A stretch of DNA of 64,000 nt from Octopus sinensis (GCF_006345805.1 NC_043001.1:32922001-32986000), one strand, 5' to 3'. Positions 26,278 to 39,877 are shown, counted from the stretch's first letter. Notes: generated from the sequence alone by a model not told the origin. Translations and numbers: made by a program.

Positions 26278-26880
26278 TGTATGTATGTATGTATGTATGT
26301 ATGTATGTATGTGTGTGTGTATTAATATGTGTGTAAACTGGGTGTATGTATATATATATGTATGCATATATGTATATGTATATATATATATGTATGCATA
26401 TATGTATATATATGCATATGCATATGTATATATATATATGCATATGCATATATATATGTATTTGTATATGTGTATCTGTATATACATATGTATATATGTA
26501 TATTTATATATACACACGTATATATATATATATTATCTTACATACACATACACTTATATACACATGTATATATAATACGTATATATATAATATATATATT
26601 ATATATAATTATATATATATATATAATACGTATATATACGTATATATATACATATATATATATATACGTACATATGTACATACATATATATATAATACGT
26701 ACAACATATTATATACATACATATACATACACATATATATACATATATATATACATACACACAAACACATACACACACATACACACACACATACACACAC
26801 ACATACACACACACATACACACACACTCACACACAAACACACACATATTTATATATATAATGTACACATACAATCATACA
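26228..26880. repeat. compound (TA)/(TATG)/(CA)n microsatellite
   Basis: Directly visible. Confidence 0.95.
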
Positions 26881-27689
26881 CCTGCTTAATACATACTACA
26901 CAAAACATATTTAAATTTGTACATACATGATCTAAAATAGGTAGACACACTTTTGTGTGGGACAGTGCACTCTGAGTTGTTAACATAATAGCAGTCATTG
27001 AAAAGAAATCCGTAGTACACCTGATCGACAAGTTTTTGTCTTTTTTTTTTCTCACTTTCCTTCTATAGCTGATAACACACAAGTCTGCCTTTGTGTTTAT
27101 TGTAACAATAACTACAGCAGCCTTTGTTCTCTTGGATGTGCCAATGGTATCTTTCCCTCCCCACGAATAAACAAAAATTATACATTCTTCACATCTCTCT
27201 ATCTCACATCACCGCCATTTTCCATTCGTCAGTCTCCGTGCCATGAAACGCCTAAAAGGATTATCTTTTATGTATATTTTTTCAAGCACAGAAGTACCTC
27301 TTTATCTAGAAAGCAATATCTAGCAAAAGATTTTCAGCAATTTGAAAATCGATCTTTAAACGAATCGTGTTAACCTCTCTAGACTATGAGAGTGAGAACG
27401 TTATTATTTCACACAATCTTTAAAATAGGAAGGACTCTCTATATCAGGCTGCACCAATATAATATGTCATGGGTGAATCCCCTTCCACCATAGATTTGCT
27501 CGTTGATTGTTCTTCTGAAATTAAATAGCTAGAAACTAATCTCGTTCACTCGATCTTCTAGAAATAGCAATTGATTTCCCTCAAACTATACCAGTATCTT
27601 GCTGATTTTACAAAAAGAAACACAGTCGATAAGGTGGTACGTGATGCACAAAGGAGAATAAAAACATACCTGGACCTTAATAATGATAA

Positions 27690-28260
27690 CCTTTTCTACT
27701 CAAGACACAATGTCTGAAATTTTGTGGGGAGAAGGAATAATCGATTGCAACGACCCCGGTGTTTCACTGGTACTTAATTTATCGACCCCGAAAGGATGAA
27801 AGGTAAAGTCAACCTCGGCGGAGTTTCAACTCTGAAGAGAAGACGGACGAATTCCGCTGAGCATTTTTCCGGTACACTCCAGTTCTGCCAGCTCACCGCC
27901 TTACAATAATAATGGTTTCAAATTTTGGCACAAGGCCAGAAAGTTCTGCGAGGAGTAAGTTTTTTACATAGACTCCAGTTCTCAACTGATTCTTATTTTA
28001 TCATTCCCGAAATGATGAAAGATAAGGTCAGCTTCGACGAAAATTGAACACTGAACGGACAAAATGCTGTTAAGCATTTTACCCGGCGTACTAACGATTC
28101 TGCTACCTCGTCACCTTAATAAAATTTGATAAAAATTATTATTCTTATTTTCTAACACAAACTGAAATTTCAGTGGAATCCACGGTGAGTGAATGGTCCT
28201 TTGTCGACCCGCAGAGAAATGAAAGGCAAAGTTAACCACGGTAGCATTTGAACATAAGCA
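27690..28260 (-). mobile_element. cluster of 2-3 old SINE family A copies
   Basis: Repeated ATCGACCCCGAAAGGATGAAAGG-like and TCTGCCAGCTCACCGCC-like segments. Confidence 0.75.
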
Positions 28261-28614
28261 ACAGGAGGAAATACTTAAAAGCATGGAGCAAATAGGAACT
28301 TTAGGAAAGAATTCAATATAAATGATTGAATTTCACGCTAGTACGTAACTGGTACTTATTTTATAATCGTCATGGGAAAAGGTATTCAAAGACATCGTTG
28401 ATAACAGCAATAATTTGAACACGGATGAGTAAACAGTTTAATTCGGTGCACGGTTAATGTATGAGTGTATATATATATAAATGTATACACACACACACAC
28501 ACACACACGTTATTATTCTTGTTTTCTAACACAAGGACGGGCCCTTCTTTCCTGCATTCGCCATGATCGCAAGCCACTACACATTATTTTCTCTCCTTGT
28601 TTCCTTCTGTGTTC

Positions 28615-28650
28615 CTTTCTGTGGAAGAGCGTAGGCTCGAAACGTTAAAG
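28615..28650 (+). ncRNA. minimal hammerhead-like motif with variant core (CTGTGGA)
   Basis: CTTT CTGTGGA A GAGC-GTAG-GCTC GAAAC GTT AAAG, within a repeat (about 28565-28710) that also occurs at 37960-38118. Confidence 0.6.
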
Positions 28651-28713
28651 ACTTTTTCACTTCCCAATCATTAAACTAATATATCTGTTTGTTGTCTAAT
28701 ATATCTGTTTGTT

Positions 28714-29016
28714 GTCGCGGTTCATTTGTCACGATTCATTTATCGCGGTTCACATATCGCGGTTTATTATTTAAGCTTGCGTCGATTCCTCCGTGGTGTT
28801 GATTTGCATTTATAATAAAATAAATATATACAAATCATAAAACTAATAAAAATATATACAGGAGTGGTTATGTAATAGGTAGCTTGCTTCCCAAACACAT
28901 GTTTCCGGGTTCAGTACCACTACGTGTTACCTTGGGCAAGTGTCTTCCACTGTAGCCTCGGGCCGACCAAAGCTTTGTGAGTGGATTTGATAGACGGAAA
29001 CTGAAAGAAGCCCATC

Positions 29017-29058
<42 letters not shown>

Positions 29059-29346
29059 GAGTGTATGTGTGTGTTTATCTCCCCACCATCGTTTGACAAC
29101 CGATGCTGGTGTGTTTACTTCCCCATTGACTTAACGGATCGGCAAAAGAGACCGATAGAATAAGTACTAGGCTTACAAAGAATAAGTCCTGGAGTCGATT
29201 TGCTCGACTAAAAGCGGTGCTCCAGCGTGGCCGCAGTCAAATGGCTGAAACAAATAAAAAAGTACAGCAGTGTTTCTAATTCGCGGATTTTCACCTATCG
29301 CGGGGTGTTTTGGAACTTAACACCGGCGATAGTCGGGGGATTACTG
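28714..29346 (-). mobile_element. Tc1/mariner (pogo/Tigger-like) MITE interrupted by SINE B (28858-29262)
   Basis: End ...CGATAGTCGGGGGATTACTG|TA. Internal CGCGG repeats. Related copy at 56356-56528. Confidence 0.6.
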
Positions 29347-30029
29347 TATATAAAAGAAAATCCTAGTGTACTTTGATAATTAAATATTAAGAATTGTATT
29401 AAAAAAATAATTTAAATATTTTGGGTTTTGAAGTATAACCAATTTATGGTACCCAAGGGCCATGTAGACCCCGGCTGAGAACCAATGATCTAAATTAAAG
29501 GAATGTTAAATTTGCTTAAATAATCAAATGTAATACGGGTTACCTGTTCATTAACGTAAATTATGCGGACTGTAAGTTTTTGTCCAGACCATCAATGTCC
29601 AGAAAGCAGTTGTACCTGTGCTGCTAATTCAACGGTAATTACTTACCATTACTTGTTCGTAATTTAGGTAAAAGTCCAGTAATTTTGAAGGGCCGGCGTT
29701 ACTCGAGCCCTCGACTTAAATCCATTATTTCTCTAGTACTTTATTTTATTGACATCGAAGAAGGGAAAAGCAAATTTAAACACGGTGGAATTTGAAGTCG
29801 GATAGAAAGTCATAGAGCCGAAAAAATTACCGCATGGCATTTTTGTTTCCCGACGTTTTTAACGATTCTGTCAGATCGTAACCCTAATTATTTGTAAATA
29901 ATGAAGTCATATAACTTCTCACCATATTGCATCGACACTAAAAATAATAGTAAATAAAAGGTATACGAGAATTGTGAATGTAGGCCATGCAACAGCTGAG
30001 AACGTGATATATATGAGTGTATGTGCAGA

Positions 30030-30135
30030 GACGAACAGAGAGAGAGAGCGAGAGAGAGAGGGAGGGGGAAAGAAAGAAAGAAAGAAAGAAAGAAAGAATG
30101 ACTGACAGACAGACAAACACATACAGTTATCGATT

Positions 30136-30216
<81 letters not shown>

Positions 30217-30307
30217 ATATAGATCATCATCCTTCGACCAGCCTATGGTTGGTCGGAGTTCCATTGACAATCCCTTTCCATATTATACGGTACTGTATTG
30301 CTGTGTT

Positions 30308-30340
<33 letters not shown>

Positions 30341-30352
30341 TTACCAAGTGAG

Positions 30353-30439
<87 letters not shown>

Positions 30440-30484
30440 CGGATAGACGGATAGATAGATAGATAGACAGATAGACGGATAGAC

Positions 30485-30551
<67 letters not shown>

Positions 30552-30558
30552 TAGATAT
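30030..30558. repeat. (GA)/(GAAA)/(GATA)/(GACA)n microsatellite cluster
   Basis: Directly visible. Confidence 0.95.
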
Positions 30559-31720
30559 CATTGTTTTTATAACAATACACCGGACCAAATGACGACATAC
30601 TTAATCATCAATCGATCACATCAAATCTCCCCTTACACCAGTCCTCACTGCTCTTTCATTATATTTCTGTAACCTGAGAACTTGAGGTGTGAAACATCTG
30701 TTCGGTATGGATTAAAATACAGGCTCGCTTAGTTACAAAGATGGCTGTTAACTCTACATTTATTTCTAGTTGGTCACACTTTATGTCTGTACAGACAGCG
30801 AAAGCATTTCAACCCTATTGCTAACAAACTCGATTTTACTGTCTGCTTCGCTAGTCCTTCCTTTATTACCGGTTTCTCTTTTCAACCCCCTTCTTTATTT
30901 CCAGTACAAATATCTATCTATTTAAGCTTCCTTTATTGTTCCTGTCTTTGTGTGGCCTTCTTTCTCGCTCTTTCTATCTCTCATTCACTTACTCACTCAC
31001 ACTCCTCACCTCCCTCTCTCCCTCTTATTCTGTTTTTCTATATCTCCCTTCATATTTCTCTGTAATCTTTGTATTTCGTTTCTTCTCGGCATTTCTAGCT
31101 CGTCTAGTCACTCCCCAACACCTTTTCCAGCTTCATTTTCTAAATTTTACAATCGTTATACCTATTTGCCCTTCAACGTCTTTGTCTACACTGTTACGTC
31201 ATCCTCCTTTCCACTCACTTTCTCTCCCTCTCTCCTTTTCTCTCTCTGTCTCTGTCTCTCTTTCTCTCTCCCTCTTCTGACAGACTCTCACTCGTTCCCT
31301 ATCTCTTCTCTAACTCTTCTTTCCCTAGCTTTATCACCGATTTCTACTTCCATTTTTATTATCCCCATTTCTAATATATCTTTATCAGCAAATTTGTTTC
31401 TCCAGCGCAACACTTTCTTCTCATTTTTTCTTTTCTTCCGAATCCTAATAACCTCACCTGTATCACTTCCATTTCTTTCTCCATCGTTTCTTTAACTTTC
31501 TTTCATAGAGGTCTTCGTGACATCTTGGCCATTTTATGCTTCTTTTCGTTGTTCTTTCTACTTAACGTTTATTCCATTATTTTCTTATTTTTCTTACAAC
31601 TACTTTCAACAAGCCAACAATGATGTATATATGGAGTCACTTGACCTGCTAAAAAAGGCAGTAAAGACGTATTATATGCCATTGAGGGGAAGGAATGATT
31701 TAATGTGTTGTTACATTATA

Positions 31721-31753
<33 letters not shown>

Positions 31754-31755
31754 AT

Positions 31756-31838
<83 letters not shown>

Positions 31839-31842
<4 letters not shown>

Positions 31843-32218
31843 AGGCGCAGTGGCCCAGTGGTTAGGGCAGCGGACTCGTAGTCGTAGGGTCACCGTTTCG
31901 ATTCGCACACCGGGCGTTGTGAGTGTTTATTGAGCGAAAACATCTAAAGCTCCACGAGGCTCCGGTAGTGGGTGGTGGCGAACCCTGCTCAACTCTTTCA
32001 CCACAACTTTCTCTCACTCTATCTTCTTGTTTCTGTTGTACCTGTATTTCAAAGGGCCAGCCTTGACACACTGAATCTCCCCCGAGAACTACGTTAAGGG
32101 TACACGTGTCTGTGGAATGCTCAGCCACTTGCACGTTAATTTCACGAGCAGGCTGTACCGTTGATCGAATCAACTGTAACACTCGTCGTCGTAACCGACG
32201 GAGTGCCACTACTACTAC
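31839..32218 (+). mobile_element. tRNA-derived SINE family C
   Basis: A box TGGCCCAGTGG, B box GTTTCGATTC, (CTA)n tail. Confidence 0.9.
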
Positions 32219-32689
32219 ATTATACACTCTGTTTTAAAAAACATACATACAGCTGGAATGCATTTCGCTCTCTCCTTTGACATCAGAGCAGAATTGGGAC
32301 TGGAAGAACATCATCGACTTCGCGAGGTTACTCGACTTGCAAAAGATAGCAACCAAATCTCCAAGAATCATACACTGTAGATAATGTCCAAAATACAGAA
32401 CACTTAATTCTTTCTTCTACTGGCTTTAGTTATTGGTCTTGGTTCGTCCTGGGGCACCACCTACACCCATTTTAGTTAGTCATACGGTAGTTCAGTTTGT
32501 TATATATTTTATTGGCACTGTTAGCTGCACTTCTAAGTAAATGACATAAAAGGACATGACATATGACATAACTGGTAAGGCAAGCATACACACGCACGAG
32601 TAGCTACAGGTGCAAGAGTGGCTATAGGCGCAAAGAATGGCCATGGGCGCAGGAGTGGATTCTAAGAGCAGGAGTGGAGATAGGGGCTG

Positions 32690-32862
32690 GAGTGGCTGTG
32701 TGAAAAGAAGCTTGCTTCCTGACCACATAGTTTCTAGTTCAATCCCACTGCGCGGCACCTTCGGCAAATGTCTTCTACTATAACCTCGGGCCGACCGAAG
32801 CCTTATGATGGATTTGGTAGACGGAAACTGAAAGAAGTCCGCCGTATATAAATATATTTATA

Positions 32863-32942
<80 letters not shown>

Positions 32943-33172
32943 GGGGGTCTGTGTGTGTGTGTGAGTATTTGTGTGTCTGTGTTTGACCCCACCATCGCTT
33001 GACAACCGATGTTGTTGTGTTGACGTCCCTGTAACTTAGCCGTTCGGCAAAAGAGACGGATAGAATAAGTACTAGACTTACAAATAACAAGTCCTGGGGT
33101 TGATTTATTCGACTAAAGCGGTACTCCAGCATGGCCGCAGTCAAAATAAATGAAACAAGTAAAAGAATAAAA
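32690..33172 (+). mobile_element. SINE family B with expanded internal (TA)n
   Basis: Family head, CORE-like segment and tail flank about 100 bp of TA. Confidence 0.9.
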
Positions 33173-33173
33173 G

Positions 33174-33214
<41 letters not shown>

Positions 33215-33305
33215 TACACACGCGGCGGTCGTCTACTGGTAAGTTTCTGTCTATCGAATTCCACTCATAATGATTTTGCTAACCGATATCTACTACTATG
33301 TACAA

Positions 33306-33536
33306 AGCGGCAAGCTGGCAGAATCGTTAGCATGCCGGGCAAAATGCCTAGCAGTATTTCGTCTGTCGTTACGTTCTGAGTTCAAATTCCGCCGAGGTTG
33401 ACTTTGCCTTTCATCCTTTCGGGGTCGATAAATAAAGTACCAGTTTCGCACTGGGGTCGATGTAATCGACTTAATCCCTTTGTCTGTCCTTGTTTGTCCC
33501 CTCTGTATTTAGCCCCTTGTGGGTAATAAAGAAACA
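33306..33536 (+). mobile_element. SINE family A monomer
   Basis: Flanked by the direct repeat CTACTATGTACA. Confidence 0.9.
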
Positions 33537-33617
33537 GATATCTACTATGTACACAGGATGGCCACATCTGGCTATACGTCTGATCTTTGGTCTCCTCAAT
33601 CTCCAAATTGACCTGAG

Positions 33618-34013
33618 ACTATATATATATAAAGCTGTAGTTGTCTGTGTGTGTGGGGCAGGTATGGTAGCCTTCAACTAACACTATCTCGTCCGAGACC
33701 CAGTGGTGCAAGTTGACCAAAATTGAGAGTACGATAGAAGAAGACTTGCTCTTCCTTCCGTAGAAGAAAAGATTCAAATCGGACCGTGTTAAGACCAAAA
33801 ATTATTTACATCAAAAAGGCGCTTTTTTTCCATGAAAATCCCTATTTTTTACGATGTTTTGACTGCTGTGTCGGCATTTTTCGGTGTATTTCAACCAGAA
33901 AAATGTTCACTTAAAGAGAATAACAAACTACATAATACAAAATTTTTACTTTTCCAAAAATTCCAATTCTAAAGGCTTGGAACAAACCCGAGCAGCGCCG
34001 GCGATACTACTAG
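33618..34013 (+). mobile_element. non-autonomous Helitron (different internal sequence)
   Basis: 5' CTATATATATATAAAGCTGTAGTTGTCTG, 3' CCCGAGCAGCGCCGGCGATACTACTAG|T. Confidence 0.7.
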
Positions 34014-34106
34014 TAAGAAAATAAAGGAAAAAAATCAACACCCTTTTCATCGCCACCCCCACCGCTTTATTTACTTACTCTTTCTTCCGACCTCACTTGC
34101 CTCTAA

Positions 34107-34142
<36 letters not shown>

Positions 34143-34294
34143 TATTTTCTCCCTGTCTCTCCTTCGCTTTCTTTCTGTTACTCTCTGGATTGTTTGCTCT
34201 TTCTCCATTGCTTTAGGCAACACCTGTTCTTACAGAATGATGATCAGTCGGATGAATTACAATGCCAGACGCTGGGTACAATAAAGGCGCCTTT

Positions 34295-34758
34295 ACATAG
34301 ATACATACAAACATACACGCACACACACACATACATACATACATACATACATACATACAACCACACATACATATATACACACATACATATATATACACAC
34401 ATATATACACACACACATACATACACACACATACACACACACACATACATGCACACACATACATACACACATACATACATAATACAAACCTACGCACACA
34501 TATACATACATACAACCACACATACATATATACACACATATATACACACATACATATATATACACACAAATACATACATACACACACATACATACATACA
34601 CACACATACATACACACACATACATACACACACACACATACACACACACATACACACACACACATACATACACACACATACATACACACATACATACACA
34701 CATACATACACACACACATACATACACACTACATACACATATACACATACATACATAT

Positions 34759-34803
<45 letters not shown>

Positions 34804-34805
34804 CA
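34295..34805. repeat. (CA)/(CATA)n microsatellite
   Basis: Directly visible. Confidence 0.95.
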
Positions 34806-35254
34806 GCTAAATTCACCTGTCGCACTCCTCACTATTTACGGGACAACAATGCAGACAAACGTACATGTGTGTTTGAAGTATGTACGTATAGTTCTACACA
34901 TAGATTATACTTCTGAAGGTGCAATGGAAAGAAAGAAAGAAAGAAAGAAGGAAAGAAAGAAAGGGGTCTGTATTCTTTGCGTGCAACAGAGTATATTTAT
35001 TTGGTGGAAGCTGCTCGTTCACTCCGTCACTATTCAGTGTTTCACACAGCGTGCGATCTCACAAAAGGTTGACATCCCCATACGCACATATGCTCTCCCT
35101 CTCGCCCCCCTCTCTCTGTCTCTGACACACAGGCACACGCACGCACTCACACAAACTCACATGCACACACACACACACACACACACAACGCACACGCACG
35201 CACTCACACAAACTCACATGAACACACATACATACACGCGCACACACATACATA

Positions 35255-35298
<44 letters not shown>

Positions 35299-35335
35299 AG
35301 CTAAAGTAGCTAGTTACACTCACATACATAGCTGG

Positions 35336-35369
<34 letters not shown>

Positions 35370-35440
35370 AGCCATTTCTATTTATATTTATCTTTCTCTC
35401 TGTATAGGTAGATAGATAGATAGATAGATAGATAGATATG

Positions 35441-35703
35441 TTTCTTTATTAGCCACACAGGGCTGCACACAGATAGAACAAATTACAAGGTAGAGCTTTT
35501 CTTTTGAAGGTAAAAAAAAAAAGGGTGGGGGAGAGGGAAAAAATTGATCAATAGGGATCGTTATCACAGAAATGTCAGTATGAAGTGTAAAGGGGAGGAC
35601 AGGTGAGGTTTACCGTGGAAAGAAAGAAAAGCCTACGGAAAAAGACCACGTACCTCGGTCAATGAAGTCACATGTTATATTTCTTGTGACTTCATTGACC
35701 GAG
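35441..35703 (-). mobile_element. LINE 3'-UTR fragment (Tx1-like tail) with short 5' inversion, inside (GATA)n
   Basis: Tail GCAGCCCTGTGTGGCTAATAAAGAAA. Perfect 19-bp inverted repeat at 35654-35703. Confidence 0.55.
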
Positions 35704-35802
35704 ATAGATAGATAGGTAGATAGATAGATAGATAGATAAGATAGATAGATAGAGAGAGATAGTAGATAGAGTGATAGATTAAGCATAACATACATACATA
35801 TT

Positions 35803-36025
35803 TTTTTATTACCCACAAGGGGCTAAACACAGAGGGGACAACAAGGAAGACATAGGTATTAAGTCGATTACATCGACCCCAGTGCGTAACTGGTACTTAA
35901 TTTATCGACCCCGAAAGGATGAAAAGGCAAAGTCGACCTCGGCGGAATTTGAACTCACAACGGAATGCAGACGAAATACCGCTAAGCATTTCGCCCGGCG
36001 TGCTAACGTTTTCTGCCAGCTCGAC
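35803..36025 (-). mobile_element. SINE family A monomer
   Basis: Close match to 550-780. Confidence 0.9.
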
Positions 36026-36213
36026 GCATACATACATACAAGTGTGTGTGTGTGTGTGTGTGTGTTTGTGTAGTACTTCTGGATTTCAAATCCTTAGTGG
36101 GACCAGAATTCTTTTGAATTTCGTAATTATCTCAACTCCAAAACTGAACTGCCAGCTGACTGGATCTACGTTTCAGTGCGTTATCAACTTCCATTTCAGA
36201 ATATTGCTTATAA

Positions 36214-36965
36214 AGGCGGCGAGCTGGCAGAAACGTTAGCACGCCGGGCGAAATGCTTAGCGGTATTTCGTCTGCCGCTACGTTCTGAGTTCAAATTCCG
36301 CCAAGATCGACTTTGCCTTTCATCCTTTCGCAGTCGATTAAATAAGTACCAGTTACGCACTGGGGTCGATATAATCGACTTAATCCGTTTGTCTGTTCTT
36401 GTTTGTTCCCTCTGTGTGTAGCCCCTTGTTGGCAGTAAAGAAATAGGTATTTCGTCTGCCGCTACGTTCTGAGTTCAAATTCCGCCGAGGTCGACTTTGC
36501 CTTCCATCCTTTCGTGGTCGATAAATTAAGCACCAGTTACACACTGGGGTCGATGGAATCGTCTTAATCCGTTCGTCTGTCCTTGATGGTCCTCTCTGTG
36601 TTTAGCCTCTTGTGGGTAATAAAGAAATAGGTATTTTGTCTGTCTTTATGTCCTGAGTTCAAATTCCGCCAAGGTCGACTTTGCTTTTCATCGATAAATT
36701 AATTACTAGTTACATACTGGGGTCGATCTAATCAACTGGCCCCCTCCCCAAGATATCGAGCTTTGTGCCTAGAGTAGAAAAGAATCGTTAGCATGCCGGG
36801 CAAAGTGCTCCGTGGTATTTCGTCCGTTCTTAGCTTTTTGAGTTCAAATCCCGCCGAGGTCGACTTTGTCTTTCACCCTTTTGGGGTGTCGATGAATTAA
36901 ATACCAGTTACATACTGGTGTCAATGTATTCGACTTACTCCTCCTCCAAATATCAAGCCTTGTAC
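36214..36965 (+). mobile_element. SINE family A multimer (3 bodies plus a further truncated copy)
   Basis: Junctions AAAGAAATA|GGTATTT at about 36445 and about 36629. The last units carry the alternative tail. Confidence 0.9.
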
Positions 36966-37669
36966 CTATATCAGAAAGGATAATGCAGCGTATACAACAT
37001 TCTTTTGTACTCTAGGCACAAGGCCCGAAATTTGGGGGGAGGGTCCCAAAGTCGACCTCGGCGGGATTTGAACTGAGAACATAGAGACAGAAGAAATACT
37101 GCTACGCATCTTGCCCAGCATGCTAACGTTTCTGCCAGCTCGACGCTCTAGCTTACACAAACATCATCGTAAATTTAGTTTTATGTAAAGAAATGTGGCG
37201 CCATTCTAACTTGGAACAATTTCATTTTGGAAACGTTTTGATTTTCCCCTAAATATATTGAATTTAGTTCAGCAGGTTAACATCATAAAATAATAACTGT
37301 CTTCGTAACTGTTTCTCTATTGAGAATTATTTCATTATTGAATATATTTATCATACCCTCCTCCCACTTCCTACAATACTTTCAGCATAGCACTTTAAAT
37401 GAATCTTTTTCCTAGTTTTTTTCAGACATTAGTCTACGTGCTGCTCTACATTCTGATACAAATATAGTGACATATTCGTACAATAAGAAGATCTGTTCTT
37501 TGCTTGTCCTTACAAAGAATCCATGAAGTCCATTCATAATATTGTGCTTGCACGAAACACCATATTCACCCTGTCACGCCCCCCGTAAGAGATAATGAAC
37601 AACACATGCAGACGATGCAGCCGATTCAGCTCATTAGTTCGCCTGCAATCGTTTATTCTTGAGCATATT

Positions 37670-38255
37670 CTTTTACTATTTCAGTCATTTGATAGCGGTC
37701 ATGCTGAAGCACCGCATTTAGTCGACCCCAAAACTTATCCGTTGTAAGACTAATACCTATCCTATCGGCCTCTTTTGAGACCGCTATGTGACGGGAATGT
37801 AAACACACAAGCATCGGTTGTCAAGCGATATGGGGGAAAAAACTCAGACACACAAACAATATGTATACACATACATATATATATAATATATCTATCTATA
37901 TACATACACACACACACACAAACACACAGACACAGACACACACACACCACACACATATATAAAGACGAAGACAGGTGGTGTAGATAACAAACATATGTAA
38001 TAGTAAACGCTCGGGTTAGCGAAAGGTCTTTAATGTTTCGAACCTACGCTCTTCCACAGAAAGGAACGCAGAAAGAAAGGGAGGAGAGAAAATAAAGAAT
38101 GTGTAGTGGCTAGCGATCAATCGGTCTTCTTTCAGTTTCCGTCTACCAAATCCACCCACAAGACTTTGGTTAGCCCGAGGCTATAGTAGAAGACATTTGT
38201 CCAATGTGCCATGAACCCAGAACCATGTGGCTGGTAAGCAAACTACTTACCACAT
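37670..38255 (-). mobile_element. SINE family B with a nested HHR-bearing repeat
   Basis: Family B halves at 37670-37860 and 38123-38255 are separated by a microsatellite and the 37960-38118 insert. Confidence 0.8.
38028..38063 (-). ncRNA. minimal hammerhead-like motif with variant core (CTGTGGA)
   Basis: Reverse complement: CTTT CTGTGGA A GAGC-GTAG-GTTC GAAAC ATT AAAG. Confidence 0.55.
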
Positions 38256-38427
38256 ATGTGTCTATGCATATGTAACTATTTTTTCTGCTCGGGAGCCTAG
38301 ATGGAGGGTAAAATTAGCACAGTGGCCCAGTTCTGAGAGGTTAAGAATGGAATCAATTAGAAAAGTACTTGCAATCTTTTAAGAAATAAATCTTTTAGTT
38401 CCACACTTGTGGCAATTTATCAAACTC

Positions 38428-38527
38428 NNNNNNNNNNNNNNNNNNNNNNNNNNNNNNNNNNNNNNNNNNNNNNNNNNNNNNNNNNNNNNNNNNNNNNNNN
38501 NNNNNNNNNNNNNNNNNNNNNNNNNNN
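38428..38527. other. assembly gap (100 N)
   Basis: Run of n characters. Confidence 1.
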
Positions 38528-39256
38528 AGGAGGGAGAGAGAGAGAAATAGAGAGGGAGGGAGAGAGAGAGAGAAAGAGAGATGGAGGGAGAGAGAGAGTG
38601 TGAGAGAGAGAGAGAGAGAAGGAGAGAGAGATCAGTGCTTCTTTGGTCCTGTATTTATCGACCCTGAAAGGATGAAAGGTAAAGCTGGCTTCGGTGGGTT
38701 TTGATCACAAAGAGGGAACAATTACGCAACGAATTTGTTCGACACGCTGGTGATTGTCAATTGGGCGATTTTATGATATTTACAATGTTTTATGAAGCGC
38801 CTGATATTTTGGTGAGTTGTAAATAATAATTGTGAGTTCTGTCGCTACCCAGCACATCTGAGCAACCTTAATGGATATATCAGCTTAAATGTATGCTAGC
38901 ATGCAAGTGTTGGTGACCATCTATTTGAACGGGATATAATACTGTAAATTTCGACTTAATACAAATGCAAGAGCAGTCAGATTAATGGAGTTGAACACTC
39001 AACAACTTACATTCACTGGTGGTGTTGGTGAGGGATTTATACACAAAACTACAGGCTAAGAAAACGCTCTTCAATTACACAGTATTTCTGTTGGATACAG
39101 TCGTAAACTATACAACCTTGCGTTACGCTAGGTGAACTATAAAACCTTGTGTACAGTTAGGTGGACTTGAACAACAACAACAGTTTGTACTGATGTTTAA
39201 CATCGGAGCAGTCCTGGTCAAGTAGACCTACGATCAAACATGTATCACCTAAAACC

Positions 39257-39487
39257 TATTTCTGTATTACCCACAAGGGGCTAAACATAGAGGGGACAAA
39301 CAAGGACAGACATAGGTATTAAGTCGATTACATCGACCCCAGTGCATAACTGGTACTTAATTTATCGACCCCGGAAGGATGAAAGGCAAAGTCGACCTCG
39401 GCGGAATTTGAACTCAGAACGTAACGGCAGACGAAATACCGTTAAGCATTTCGCCCGGCGTGCTAACGTTTCTGCCAGCTCGCCGCC
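39257..39487 (-). mobile_element. young SINE family A monomer with 16-bp TSD
   Basis: TGTATCACCTAAAACC at 39241-39256 and 39488-39503. Confidence 0.93.
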
Positions 39488-39679
39488 TGTATCACCTAAA
39501 ACCATTGCCTCGCTCTTTATGTGTGTGTGTTTTCGTGCTTTCTCCTCAGAGGTAGTACTTTAAAGACCGTGTTTTTCAGTATATGCGATAGGGTACGATT
39601 TGAGAGGCATTTGATTGCTATTTCTACCTAGCCGAATGACCATGCAGTGGTTTTCTCATTGGCTTATTAAATATATTGA

Positions 39680-39877
39680 GTTCAAATTTTGTCACAAGGC
39701 CAGCAATTGCGAGGAATGGTAAGTTGATTACATCGATCCTAGTATTCAACTGGTACTTATTTTATCGACCCCAAAAGGATGTAAGACTACGTCGACTTTG
39801 GCGGAATTTGAACTCAGAACGAGAAGACGGACGAAATTTCGCCTGGCGTGCTAACGATTCTGCCAGCTTACCGCCTT
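39680..39877 (-). mobile_element. older SINE family A copy
   Basis: Family centre and head, alternative tail. Confidence 0.8.

Noticed and set aside
30950-31495. 181-aa hydrophobic ORF
   Set aside because: Low-complexity CT-rich DNA with no domain features.
31839-31915. tRNA-like sequences (also 13285, 17780-17855 and the family D heads)
   Set aside because: They have A/B boxes but no complete cloverleaf and continue into SINE bodies, so they are SINE heads rather than tRNA genes.
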